A stretch of 64,000 bases of DNA from Lophium mytilinum (lineage: Eukaryota). The first letter of the stretch is position 1. Every line of letters starts with the position of its first letter. The position numbers and the translations under genes are program-made. Of the stretch, positions 11,922-24,760 are shown in pieces. The stretch is from positions 1,199,334 through 1,263,333 of the forward strand of contig MU004185.1 in the NCBI GenBank assembly GCA_010093605.1. Reading direction: 5' to 3'. The notes beneath the pieces were generated by a model. The model saw only the letters and a program-made list of their open reading frames with translations, searched no databases and was not told the origin of the DNA.

Positions 11922-12680
11922 GCTGGGCGCACTGCATCGTCTCACAGCGTCGCTTCGAGTTGCGATCGTATGGGTGTGGTACATCGAATGCTTTCTCGCC
12001 GAAACGCATTCTTCGTCTTGTCGGGTCCTTGGTTTTCTATCAAGTTACTTGGTTAGACGTTACCGCGACCGCACTGCACTGCAAAGAGTATCAGCGAAAC
12101 GAGCAGCTTGGGCCTACTTGGCCTGGCTGGCTTTTGCATTCATCATAGCGTTGGTGTTGGGGGTGCTATTCTGCTCCTTGGGCTGCGTGCATGGTGTAGA
12201 TCTGAAGCCCTTCTTATCCTGGCCGCAGCTTGCTGGACGGCATGGGAGCGAGCAGGCGCATATGTATATTTAGATATTGATTGAATTGAGATTCGTATAT
12301 CGGACTAGTCGGTCTTTAGCTTCCAGTCTTTGCGAAGTCTATCTCACTTTGAGGAGTTCAGAAGAGGTGAAGGTTTGCGTTGAGTTTGACGTGCTGTCTG
12401 CTCTTAGCTACGAGGCTGATGGATCGCAGGTATCGAAGTCTCTGCGTTGCGTTGACGTGGTCGTTTGCATGGGGCTGTGCAATAGCGGAATATGATCTGA
12501 GCAACTCTCCGCTAGGCTTCCACCACCACAACAGCAAGTCTTCACAGTAACCAATTCGACCATTCACAAAGACGAAGACATGTAAGTCCGGTAAAACTCC
12601 AGTGTCTCCGTCAACCGCCATCCATAGTCAGCGACGTTCTATCGCCGCATCCGCAGGTCTTATCTCAACTAGCCTCGTCC

Positions 12681-14634
12681 ATGTCCAGCCAACAGCTTCC
12701 ACCATACGAATACAGACCGCTTCAAAGCTCCAGATGGATTCGGGTAATCCATCTGCATCCTGCCATGGATGAGACAGAGCCGCTAAGATGTGAAATTGTT
12801 CATCTTGACCGATCTCAAATCCCAAAATCCGCAAACCGTCTCTTCAACTCTTACGATGCGGTTTCGTACGTTTGGGGGACCGACTTCAAGTACACCCATC
12901 AACTTATATGCGATGGGGACTCGGCTCTCAAGATCACACCAAACGTCGACGCCCTCCTACGTCGTTTCCGGGCACCGCTGAGGCCAAAAAATCTATGGAT
13001 TGATGCTGCATGCTTGAATCAAGTGGATGAAAATGAAGTAAGATCTCAGGTTCCTTTGATGGGCGACATATATCGCTGCGCGTCGAAAGTGCGTGTTTGG
13101 CTTGGTCACCAGGGCCATGACGTTGCGAACGTCTTCGCATTCTTCCGAACTCTTGCGATGGACAAATGCTATGATAAGCCTTCGATCGAGCACCTGTTCT
13201 TTGAGATATTCGACTCGATATTGATGGAACCAATTGATGCTTGGCTCCGAAATCCATGGTTCACAAGGAGATGGGTATGTATACTTGTTCTTTTTCTCTT
13301 ACAATGCTGATGCGGCGACTGTCCAGGTTCTTCAGGAGCTCGCTCTGAGCCGCGATGCCGATTTTTACCATGGACTTGAGAAGATATCTTGGAGAGAACT
13401 TAGAGCCGCATTGCAATTTCTCGCATTAGGTATTGCGCTACAAAGCGATCCACTCGATACCATTCTCACTGTTCACACTATGCACATGAACAGCGGCCGG
13501 CTCCTAGATCTCTTATGGGATCTTCATGCAGCGGAATGCTCCGACCCAAGGGACAAGCTCTATGCAATCTATGGACTTACAACTGACTTGATTTTCAACG
13601 ATCAGTTGCCCCGTGCAGCTTGTCGTTCTAACGAAGCTCTACTATACGATTATACGCAAGGGAGACTCGATTCTACGCAGTATAAGGTTCACGCCTCCGT
13701 AGACTATACTATCACGCCCGAGAATTGTTTCACTCGACTCACTATATCATGCATCGAGAGCGGCTACTTGGAGGAGGTTCTGAGTCATATCAAGGCTTTT
13801 GGAAGCTTACACGATCGGGACAGCACATTACCTTCATGGGTTCCAGACTGGTCTCACTCAAGACAATTGCGAGGCATCGGACAGAGAAATGAAAATTCAT
13901 ACTTCTATCTGTCTGCATCCGTTTCGATTTCACTGCTTCAGCAAAAATCTCTTCGGATCTCATTCCCACCATCTAGTGATACTACACCTCGAATATGGGA
14001 GGTTATTCACGTTCAGCCAAGTTCAGAAGAGCTTTGGGACCTTGGCTTCGGTTTCCTTCCCATTGAAAGTAGTGGAAGACCCTCTGAATTGGCAGAAAGA
14101 TGCATTCGTTGCCTGCCCAAGCTTGTTAGGATCGCATCTACCCACCTGAAAGAACTCAAAGAGCTTTGCGGCGCTAGGGTTCCCGAGAAAAAATTCAGCC
14201 GTGCCTTCGACGACTGGGAGACCATTACAATGGACCCAATATTGGACGTCATGTCAGCGCTAAAGAAAGTTATGAACTCCAAGCACATACAAAAAGGGCT
14301 AGTACCAGTTTTACAGACGCTGCGAGAGCATTGTCGTCTATTTGTTGCTCAGTCGGGTAGTTACAGTGCAATCGGCATTGGACCTACCAACACTCAGCCA
14401 CATGACCTTGTCATGTGTAGATTTCGTAGTGTCGGCGAGGGTGCGCTTTTCGGACAAATACCACGGGCTTCCTGTATAGAAAAGCATGACGGCGTAGAGT
14501 CGTTTGAAGCTAGGCAGCATATTTTCAAAGATTTTGCAACAATCATTTCATTGGAAGATCCTGAGATTTGGGGTCCGGAGTACTACAACTGGTCAGACGA
14601 AAACCCTCCTATGACAGAGTTCTTCATAGGATAG
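12681..14634 (+). CDS. HET-domain protein (HET-6-like)
   Basis: IRVIHLHP, YDAVSYVWG, ITPNVDALLRRFR, LWIDAACLNQ, QVPLMGDIYRCASKVRVWLG, PWFTRRW|VLQEL (intron 13275-13326), CSDPRDKLYAIYGL, LPSWVPDWS. Confidence 0.9.
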
Positions 14635-15746
14635 CATAGACTACCTGATCGGCTGGTATGCCCCGTTTCCACCAAATTCTCCACTTCAAGAGATCAGCTA
14701 AACAAGTGGAAGGCCTTCCAAACCTCATGCCAAGCCCCTTACAATATTTCGACTCTAAGGCATGCTATGGAAAGGTGGAAACGGTTATGTAGAGGGAGCT
14801 ATCAACTCAGCATGGCTCGGGATTGGAAGTGGGCAGCCTTCGAGAGAGAAGAAGGTTTTCAATAATGCGAAGGGATGTAGCACGTTTGCGTCTCCCAACT
14901 TACGCGTCATGAATAATATCGATGAGTGCAATGCTTCGTTGTAGGAATATGTGCATTCGTTTAACGTTGCTTAAGGAACTTCATGGCTTTTCCGAGTTTC
15001 CGAACAAAAGAGGATATCGGTATCTTGGGCAACTCGTAAACTCGCAAGGCCACCTCGAACAGCATTGGCGCAACCCTCTCGTGCCTCTCTGTTTTCCACA
15101 CCTCTGATGAACATGGGTTCGCTATAACATATACATCTGGTTGTCTATTGTGCACTCCACGCCCTGGTTTTCAAGTAGATCTGCGGCAAACGACTTCATG
15201 CACTCCCTGGATCTCCCTACACATGCTTTCACTGTGAGTCCTCCTCTAACCCGCCACTATCTCGAAATCGTAAAGCTCTGCATGCTTTTCAAACCTTTAC
15301 AGGCGGAAATCGGCGCATTGCATGCACGTAGAACGGCCTGAGCGTGACACGATCGTCCCCTCTGACGGGATACATAATCCCCACTTCTTACTCTACAAGG
15401 AGTCTATAATGGCAACACACTCTGGTGACGTGGTATCGCATTCAAGAGCGAACTGCTGGCACCGGTGGCCTCTTGGAAACTGGGACAAGCTAGATGGACA
15501 TCTTCCCTACTCGCAGCATCGTTCCATCGTTTCAAAATCTCAAAATGCAGCCCGTCACCGGAAGAATAGTTTTGAGGATCATTATGACACCAACCGTACT
15601 CCTCAAAACTCAACCTGTGCAGGATCCCTGTCAAGTATGTTTTAAGAGGGAGGAATGAGGGCAAGCTAAGTAAAGAAAAAAAAACCATAAGAATAGAGAA
15701 TGATATGCCCCACTCCGCTTCTTTTCTTGAGCTAACATTACATCGC

Positions 15747-16292
15747 CTATCCTTCTCCTATGACTGACTTGGCTCGACCCAATCCTCTCCCATCTCCGTG
15801 AGTATGCTCTTTTCTGACGTTCAAATCCCAGCTAAGTAACGTGAACTTCCACCTACCCCAACCAAGCTGAAGGTCAAAGTGACTGGAGAAGCCCCCGCCA
15901 CTGTGAGTATTTGATTCGTCTGGAGGGCTGTCTATGACCGCCCAGTCTTGATCATCAGTCTTGTCGTCATGCTGGTTTTGAGGCTGCGGGAGAGAATCGG
16001 ACCGCAGAGCAATGGTGTCGGTTGCTATTCTTGGAATTTAGATACGCACTCAAAGCGCCGGATGAAGACGTGGATGGGAATAGTGATACCTGGTTTCTTG
16101 TCTGAAGTTGGGTCCTCGTTCTTGGGCTTGCTGTCTTGGTGGTTGCGAGTCGGAGGGCTGGATGTAAACTGCGTGGTGATATTGGGCTCTATTGAAACTG
16201 AATTAGATATACCGAAGGGACAAGAGTAAAGAAGAGACGTAGAAGAGGAAAGTACCTGATGAACGACGATATGTGCCGCCTTTCTGTGACAT
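15747..16292 (-). CDS. Putative 3-exon small protein (~137 aa), function unknown
   Basis: Exons 16292-16256, 16188-16090 and 16024-15747 are joined by two phase-1 GT..AG introns of about 65 nt. The joined frame has no internal stop: MSQKGGTYRRSS-EPNITTQF...DKKP-ATDTIAL...FSSHFDLQLGWGRWKFTLLSWDLNVRKEH...GEG*. Confidence 0.5.
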
Positions 16293-17769
16293 TTTGAAAG
16301 TGACCAGGAATCAGGATCCTTGTGGCAAGTTAGTAAACAGACCGAGAAGAGTCGTCAATTCGATCTAGGAGGTCTAGAAACTGAGTAGAGGACGTGAAAA
16401 CGGCAGTGCAATGCGTCGTCATGCTAGGTGTGCTTAGTCAGAGTACGCCTTGCCGCAATCGACTATCTAGGTAGTTGCCTAGATGATCTAATGATCCATG
16501 CAGAAGATCGGCTTATAGCCTTTTCGGTACTTTCCATGGCCTGGCTGCATTATGGCCCCCAAAAAGTTGGAGACCCTGCTACAGAATCAAGCTGGGCGAT
16601 TGCATTCATCAGCTAGCGGAGAGGGAGACGCACGAGTCTGTGAAACTCTGACGAGACTTTCGGAAACTTCATCTCCCGCTTGCTGTCAATACTACTGAAG
16701 GGACGAGGCGCTGGCCCTGAGGAGCTCCTGAAAATCGAACCATCCCATGTGTGTTCGTAGACCAGGGGAGTGACAGTTGTTGGATTAGGACGATTAGCGA
16801 CAGTAAGAAATCTGGTAGCAAGCATAGCACCTGTGAACTATACCTTTCCACCTCACATCAATGTTCAGACGCTACAGCCTTCGAAGCAAAAATAGTGTTG
16901 ATTTTAAAAGCTCCTGACCTCACCTGACTGTTCCCGTGATTTCATGTGACCCAAGTGGGTGACTCCGGCTGGCTACAAATATTGTGTCTGCCTTCTCCAC
17001 TACTTTCCTTTTACAGGGTCTGAATTGCTCTTGTACACGGCTACAAGAGTAAAACATACGCACTGCCGAATTGATGGAGCCTTGCAGTGGAAATCTTCTT
17101 GCAACACTGCAAAAACTTCCAATCAATGGTGCCCATGGTCGGAGCAGGCGGAGAAGGGTGATCAATCGATGTGAGCTTCTCGATAATGGCTGGGGGAGGG
17201 GGGTGTATTGGTGGTGTCTTCAGTTCCTTTAGATTTGATGATGAGCAACACCCCTCAATGCCGTTGAAGGTCACATTTACTCAGGCAAAGGGCGGAGAAA
17301 TTGGTGTAAAAGATGCTGCCCTCCTTTCATTGCGTTAGTGCTTCCGTGCAAAAGGCTTTAGTAGAGCGGAGCACTACCACTTACTGCTGATGTTGATTAT
17401 CGAACATTTGGTGCACGCCACCCCCAGATCCCATTCCGTGAGCGCAATCCCAAGTTTGAACTCCCAAACCACACAGGACACCATAGGTAGTCGGGCAACG
17501 GTGTTCTGATCCCGCTCCAGCCAGTCTGCAGCATGGGGAAGGAATGCTTGGAATTTCGAGCCCCGACTGCTCCATGTTTTGATTTCTGGCAGCATGGAGC
17601 AGAAGACTTTTATAGGAGAAACGGTGTTTGACTCACGTGACGCTTATACAACTGCCCGTCAGCTGCACGCATGCACGCGGGGCATGAAAAAGGTGGTACT
17701 CTATTTCAGCTTCTGTACATCTGTCTGCCACTGCTTGTCGTGCTCTAATGCATGTTTGATGTTTAAAAC

Positions 17770-18010
17770 CTCTTAGCTTTGGGCTATGTAGAAACTTGTT
17801 AATGCACTCCAAGCAGTAGTAGATAGAAGCCCCTACTGTGCCTACTAGGTAGAACAGCTATTCTATAGGAGAGCGTGGTAGATAATTGGTAGTAGATACT
17901 AGCAGTCTATAAGTCCGTAAGGTAGGCCCACTAACCATGCCTGTTTAGCACCGTTAGAGTCCCCTAGTAGGTTAGTACTACTCAAGAAATACAAGCTTTG
18001 GCAAGCCTGA
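17770..18010. repeat. Short TpA-rich segment, possible RIP-mutated relic
   Basis: Dense TAG/CTA/TAA words (e.g. cccctagtaggttagtactact) relative to the flanks. No termini were found. Confidence 0.35.
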
Positions 18011-18360
18011 TAGCTCTCCAGGCCACCTTAGACGGTGTTGGCTTGCTTGAGTATGTCACTTTTTTTCTGCCTAGCGTGGCATGTGTTGGTACCAAAAGAC
18101 CTCTTGCAAAGCTCGTGTTGACAACGATTGATAAAAAGATTGTCTGGGTCTGGAAATTGAAAGACGAAGCATGTAGACGAAACGAGAATGGTCAATACTT
18201 TTATTCCCTTTGCCACGTACTCGCCCAGACATTACCTAACCTACCGACTACATTACATTAGAGAATTCCGCACCACCCTTATATCAATTTGAGCTCAAAA
18301 TCCAAGCGACAATTCCTCAACCTTTTGCGATCCGAGACCCATCTTCCATCCTTCATTTTC

Positions 18361-20025
18361 CTACGGCTTCCACCTAAATCCAGGATGCTTCCAATCCAAC
18401 TCCTGCACCTGCAGATCAGTCAATCCATCCAACTCCGCATCCACATCCCGGCCCTCCCTCTTCTTGTTATCCATCCCCATCCACCACAGCATCAAAATAC
18501 TCAGCAACAGAATCATCGTCATCGTCGCAAGATTCAGCCCATTCCCAATATGATAATCCGGCGCATCAAACGGCAAGAAGCTCCACGTGCTGATCAACCC
18601 CCCAATATTCCCAAACATAACATTCGTTCCAATAGCCGACGACCGCGCCGTGTCCGACACGACGTTATTGGCGACCTGCGCGTTGCAGAGCGCCCCGAAG
18701 GTGAAGGCGCCCGAGGTGCAAAGGAACGTAGCGCCGTACCGAACATGCGCATCCGTGGATGCGAGGAACATGATGTAGCCGGTCATGCAGAGGGGCGCGG
18801 ACATGATGAAGAAGATGAGACGTCTATCGAAACGCCAGCTAAGGAACGGGAAGAGGACGGTGAAGAAGGCGCCCACGACATACGGCGGGACGGTGTGTAG
18901 CTGTTGGCTGACGACTGTGTTGTGGGGGTAAATCGTCTTTACGATTGTGGGCAGGAAGAAAGCGAGGCCTTGCACGGTGATGTTGTTGAAAAGGAAGACG
19001 AAGGCGGTGCCGATGGTGATAGGGGAGAAGATGCCGCGGAGGAGTTTCTTCCTGCCGAGTTTGTCGAGGACTTCGGTGGTGCCGACTCGTTCGGACTTGA
19101 CGCGTGCAATGGCAAGGTCCTTTTCGCCTTGGGTGAGCCATCTTGCGGTCTCGGGACGGTCTGTGAGCGTCAAGAATGCGATAAGGGAGAGCCCGACTGT
19201 GATGATGCCTTCGATGGCGAAGATCATGCGCCATTTGTGGAGGCCGCCGAAGTGCGAAAGCTTGAGAATGCCGGAGGCGAAGAGCCCCCCGAATGCGCCT
19301 GCTAGGGGAGCCATGACAATATAGAGGGACAAACGGAAAGTAAGTTCGCTAAGGCGGTACCAGCGGGACAGGTAGTATGCAATACCGGGTAGCATGCCGG
19401 CTTGAAACATGCCTAGGAGAAACCGCACACCACAGGCAGCGCTGAAGTTGTTAACGAATCCCGTGCAGACAGAGAAGATGCCGAAAAGGAGAGAGATTGC
19501 GGGAAGATAATATCCGGGACCTATCCACTTGCAGGCCATGTTGGAAGGTATCTCAAAGACGATATAGGAGATGTAGAAGGCCGAGAGTACGGTGTTGTAG
19601 TCGTGGCCTTCCAAGTGAAGGTCTTTTTCGAATCCAGCGAGTCTTGCATTACCTATCGCCAAGAGTCAGAGACAATAGCAAGCCACAGTGGCAATGGAGT
19701 ATCTACCAATGTTCGCACGGTCGATGAAGGCGAAAAGGTAGAGGAGGGAGACCGTCGGAATGACGCAGAGGTCGATTTTCCATCGAAGCCTGGCTTCTGC
19801 GGCTGGGTCGAACTCGACAAGTGGACGTCCATGTCTGCATAGACGTCAGTACTCGGTCCATATTCCTTGTGGTGCAATCTACCTGTCCGTTGCAACCTGG
19901 CCACGCTCAGCAACGTAGAATTTGGCTAGGTCGGTATCGTGAACATCTTTGCTCTGGGAGCTACTCGCCTTCTCCACATCTGGAGAGACGATAGTGGAGT
20001 TTTTGACGGCCATTGCGACGGCCAT
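18361..20025 (-). CDS. MFS transporter, anion:cation symporter (Dal5/Tna1 allantoate/nicotinate permease-like)
   Basis: Three exons: MAVAMAVK...GQVATD, then RHGRPLVEFDPAAEARLRWKIDL...AFIDRANI, then GNARLAG...FEIPSN...RFLLG...YYLSRWY...WRMIFAIEG...LDWKHPGFRWKP. Confidence 0.88.
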
Positions 20026-20652
20026 TGCGGTAGCTAAAGCAGAGTTGAGGAGGTGCGGGGTTATAAATGTGACACTGAAGCTGTCAAAGACAAAGAAACG
20101 TGAAGTGACTTGTCCATCTAAACTAACAACGCCGAATATAGCAATCACCTCCCAAGCGGCTACGCGAGGCGAGAACATCAAAACCGCTCTAAAACAACAC
20201 CTCTCCAAAGCCGCATGTCCGCAACTAAGACTAAAACGAGAAACGTAAGTCGAAATATATTTTCGTCAAAGACTTTTAGAGACACTACGCGAAAAAAGGA
20301 AATTTATTCAGCGATGCGGCGCATTGGCCAGCTTTCTGTTAGATTTAGGTGGGAATGCACTCGGCCGCCCCCCTTTGTAACAATTGTGACTATTGGCAGG
20401 AATATTTTATTGAAACGTGCCGCATCTAGATCCCGAAGACGCCGTCTTATGCCCCATCCTCTAGTAAACATAGAAAATATAACCAACAGAAGGAGATGCA
20501 GGTTGTGTGACATCACTTGGTAATGAAATGAACGACCGTTGACGTCTGATGTTTCGGGGTGGCTTAGCAAAAGGCTCCTCTTAACTCTATTATATGGACA
20601 GTATCTGCCCTCTGAATGCCGTGACTATTACCGTGATATATGAATGCGTGCT

Positions 20653-21603
20653 CTAGACCAGGGCCCGTTGTTTCTCTGCTTCCTGCGTGGCTGGAGCCGC
20701 AGATGGGGGATGGATTGCTTCGTGTTCATGCTCGGACTCCTCCATCGCAGCAGCCCGTTGATTGAGAAGTGAAAGATAAGTCTGCCATCCAATAGCAATG
20801 ACACCTACGAAGAGCATCAGTCTCACGTACTATATTGTCGAAGGGCGTAGACCGAGTGGCGCGAACCGCAAACCACATTTGGAGATTAAAAGAGTATCGC
20901 ATTACTCACCAGCAAATATACTCCTATACTGGAATGGAACAAATGTGAAACTGAAGGCCGTCACAGCGGGCCAGATCTTGCAGCTGTTGACCCAGCTCAC
21001 AGGCACCGTATCTTTAACTCTCTTCACTATCTCCGCCGGCGTTGCTCCCGTCAGCGCGCTCTGCATCGCAAAGAAGTAGCAGTTGAAGATGGGCGTAAAC
21101 CCAACCTGGTTCACAAACACCTTTGTGCTCAGCGAGAGCAGCTTCGACGAGTAGTTGAACGAGTTCCCGAGCCAGAGGAACCACCGGTACGAGGGTATTG
21201 AGCTGATTCCTCCGATCAACAGCGCGCGCCCTGTCCTCGCGGGGTCCCATTTCCGCTCTGGTATCTGCTCGTCCCCATCCTCGTTGTTTTCTCCTGTTGC
21301 GCGCTTTGTCGTTTCAGAAGTCGTAGGGCTCGGGGAGATTCGTTGCGCTGACAGGTCTCCGAAGAAGTATATGGCCAACGAGCTGAGCAACTGGGTCACA
21401 TACGGCCTGCGCTGCTGTGCTCGCCCATACGCGCGGAACGGTGTTGCTATAGGCTCCAGCCAGACCCAGGAGGGCCCTGGAATGGTCTTCGGGTTCGATT
21501 CAGCGGGTGTCGCATTGGTGGATTTGAATCGGGTTTGAGGGCGAGGTAGACATTTGCTGCGCTCGAAGAGGATGCGCGCGCAGGCGCTGGTTGTGCGGCG
21601 CAT
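20653..21603 (-). CDS. Mpv17/PMP22 family membrane protein (SYM1-like)
   Basis: RPYVTQ...GDLSAQ, WDPARTGR, KVFVNQ, KIWPAVTAFSFTFVP. After an intron (~20806-20908), exon 2 reads GVIAIGWQTYLSLLN. The Arg-rich N-terminus resembles a mitochondrial presequence. Confidence 0.85.
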
Positions 21604-22646
21604 CCTACCGTGAGTCTAACATTGGATCGAAGTGTTGAAGGCGTTGAGGGCGGTCACATTAGGTGTTGTGGTGGTTCAAAGAAAAGTTGAGGCACGCTGA
21701 CGGACTCCCGCCCGAGGCCAGCGAAGCCGGCGGGTTGCGCCGGTCGGCCGCGGTCTCGGAAGGCTGAGCACGACGGATGGCATCATCGAGAGGTTTTTCT
21801 ACAACTCGGCATAGTTGTGGAGAGTCTTTCTTTCAATGAAGGGACGGCGTCTGTCTGAAGATACTTAGTTTAGGGAAGAGTTGAAGGTTGAGAAAGTGGT
21901 GCGACTTTTTACGCTAGCCAATAATGCCACTTGCATTACGCCTTCATAAGTATCGTCGTTAGAATCTCACGCCTTTTGTGTTCAGGATAGGCCTCACTCT
22001 GGACAGATTCATCTGTTCTTGGCTACGAGAAAGAACATATTAGGAAATTAAAGGAAGTACATCTACAAAGCCGTCATCGTTTTTATACCCTTCGAAGCTG
22101 TTCAGCAAAATCGCCTGATTCAAAAATCATTTTTACTCAATTCGGTCTCCCTGTGCTTTTGACCGCCTTTTCCGTTTACTATCCGGGGTATCCACTTCCT
22201 TACGCCTTTAATGATCTCACACCATCTTTCATCCATGTAACTTCACTACTCCAATTTTTCTTTCCAACACTCGGCGTAGATACAACATATTTGCCACAGT
22301 TATATCAAGTGGCTTGACCGGCTCGAGTACATTCCAAGTATGCTCATTCTGTCCGCACAACTTTAGACCACTCGACAAACACTAGAGAAGAGGAGCCATT
22401 TCGCTATTTTCGAATCTATCGTCAATATGTGCTCATCGTAGACGTCGCTAGTGTCATGCCTTTCTGCCATGGTGTTATCGAGACTGTCAGTCGGCTCATA
22501 TTCATCGTCGGCAAGGTAGGCTTTATTGGAGTCCTCATATCGCTATTCGATTCGACAGCAGGATCGAGAAATCTATGGGAGTGTTAGGATATACGTTCAA
22601 GCATCTCAGAGAGAAGTTATTCCTTACACTATACAATTTATGCTTT

Positions 22647-23651
22647 CTAAGCTTCTTCCATCCAGACAAGGCGCTGACCAGGTACCAAAGCCTCAGCAGG
22701 GCTCAAAGCAGGAACGGGCTCCGACATCGCCGCTTCGAGTTCTTGAATATCAACCTCAACTTGAGCCATGTTTACTATCGTTTCAGCAACCCTTTGTTGC
22801 GTTTTCTCGAGTTCCTCTAGTAGCTTCTTATTCAGTTTCTCTGCGCATGGATTGCAATTCTCTTGGTGCCAACGCTCCCTTCCAGTCCGATGATCCAGTC
22901 GAAAAAACTCACTATGAGGCTTCAGCTTCGCACAGCCTACACAAAACTGGAGATTAGGATCTGTGGTCTGCGCGTCGGCCTCCGCGGCGATTTCATCAAG
23001 CGTCACCGGGCTTCCGCTTGTGTTCCACCTCGCGCGTTGCCTGAGGTACCGAGCCTGCCTCTCCTCCTCATCTCGCTCTTCTTGCGCCTTGTTCATCATA
23101 TGGAGTGCCGGAGACATGAACGGCACAAGCCTCATTCTACCAGTCGATTTGTCGGAGACGTAAAACCAGTCAACACACTCGCGCGCCTCCCAGACCTTAC
23201 GACCACCTTGAAACTGTGGTGGAAGGCACTCGTTGTCATGCCACTCGACGAGGTATTGGAAATTTCCGTTCTTGCTTCTAGTGTTCAGGAATGAGCGGAT
23301 CGGGTGGATCATGAGAGAGCCTGGATGCAAGCGGGTGCGGGCCTTTTCTTCTATGACGTTGATGACGGCTCTCTTGGTATAGTTTTCGATGATATCCCGT
23401 GGGAAAGGAGGCAAAGAAGCTGTTTGAAGCTTCTGATCTAATCGTTGTCTCATGGGCGGTTTGCCGTACAAGAACGAGGAAGCTTTTCGAGCGAAAAGCA
23501 GTTCGTCCTGAAGAGTCTGAAAGACTTCATTACGTAGCGGCGAGAGTACCTTCGGTGCGTAGGACAATCTGGCGAATGTCTTTCGGGATGGCTCGTTGCG
23601 TGGTGAGTCGTGCAAAGAGGACCTTTTTTCTGATGGCCTTCCTGACATCAT
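22647..23651 (-). CDS. Orphan protein with a chromo-like segment, a CxxC...CxxC zinc finger and coiled coils
   Basis: First ATG at 23651. Contains IRSFLNTRSKNGNFQYLVEW...KVWEAREC (chromo-like) and CVGCAKLKPHSEF...ENCNPC. Confidence 0.55.
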   Translation of the reverse strand: MMSGRPSEKRSSLHDSPRNEPSRKTFARLSYAPKVLSPLRNEVFQTLQDELLFARKASSFLYGKPPMRQRLDQKLQTASLPPFPRDIIENYTKRAVINVIEEKARTRLHPGSLMIHPIRSFLNTRSKNGNFQYLVEWHDNECLPPQFQGGRKVWEARECVDWFYVSDKSTGRMRLVPFMSPALHMMNKAQEERDEEERQARYLRQRARWNTSGSPVTLDEIAAEADAQTTDPNLQFCVGCAKLKPHSEFFRLDHRTGRERWHQENCNPCAEKLNKKLLEELEKTQQRVAETIVNMAQVEVDIQELEAAMSEPVPALSPAEALVPGQRLVWMEEA

Positions 23652-24499
23652 ATACGCGGGACGAAGACCCGGGCTGGCAAAGTGTAGGAAAAGTTCGAGG
23701 TTCAGCACCAGCGAGTCTCCTCGTTTGTTGCAAGTGACGAGGAAGAAGTGGTTATGGGTTGCTTATAAGAGCTGTTGTTGTGTGCGTTGTGTGGAAAAGG
23801 GTGGGGACTCGAGGTGAATTATTGTGTGGATACAATTTCGCACAGTGGCTGACGAGATGATTATTACAGCTGCACGTAGACATGGTAGAGTGGACGCAAA
23901 GAACATTTACGGTTTGTCCAGCCATGGTTCTGATGGAACAGGAACTTCGAAGTTCGCCTGAGTCTTGACTTCAGAGGAGTTTATATGGCGCTCCTATCGT
24001 CGTACCCATACTCATTTGTCGACTTTCGAGAATACCTGAGCCTATTGTGCTTCCTTTTTTTCATATTGCTATTCTTCTTCTCATTTTAAAATACCTCTTT
24101 TCATATTAAATGCGAGTGCATTTTGACATGTGGCCGTTCCTCCAGTTGGGTTCCATGGTACGCAGTCTTTCCAAAAAAATAGAGCCTTGGCAGCTCTTCA
24201 ACTCTACCAAAGTAGAAGCAGTATCCATTCTGTACGGCCTTCCGGCGTAAGCAGCTAATAGTGCCACAATCCCTAGAACTAGCGAAAAATATACAAGACG
24301 TGAAGCCCGGCCGAGAGCTAACATACTTTTGAACATACGTACGCTGCCCATCTATCCGCACATGTTCCACCTGCCCAGAGAAGCTTGGTAAAGAGCCTCG
24401 TTGTTTTTAGCTTCGAGAACGATGCTAGAAGAGAACAGATACCATAGGAATGGCGTTCCGGCATGTACCGCCGCGGAACAAATTGGGAGGAAGCACAAG

Positions 24500-24760
24500 T
24501 TCTTCATGAGAGGCGTTCGCACTTCGCTCTGTCGAAGTCAGGAGGTCGAGCTGCGCTTTTCAAACTGTCACTGCGGGAAGCCTATCGGTATCGTACGTCA
24601 TATTTTGCCTGCTGTCATCTTCATTCATGTCGTCGCATAGCTTATAACGGCCCGAGGTTGGTGCTGCGTATTGCTCTCCCTCCTCTTCGGAATTTACGCT
24701 CGAGAGGAAGGAGGCTGGAACGCTTTTAGAAAGCCCTGAGTACTAAACGTAGCAGCTTAT
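24500..24760 (-). pseudogene. Decayed fragment of a HET-domain gene paralogous to 30779-32976
   Basis: 24571-24690 matches 31531-31650 at 96 of 120 nt without gaps, including 22 identical nt in a row. It translates as MNEDDSRQNMTYDTDRLPAVTV* versus MIEDYSRRHLTHDTDRLPAVSAV in the intact gene. Confidence 0.85.

Noticed and set aside
18289..19324. Long + strand ORFs (203, 133 and 125 aa)
   Set aside because: They are antisense shadows of the GC3-rich MFS gene and have no recognisable motifs.
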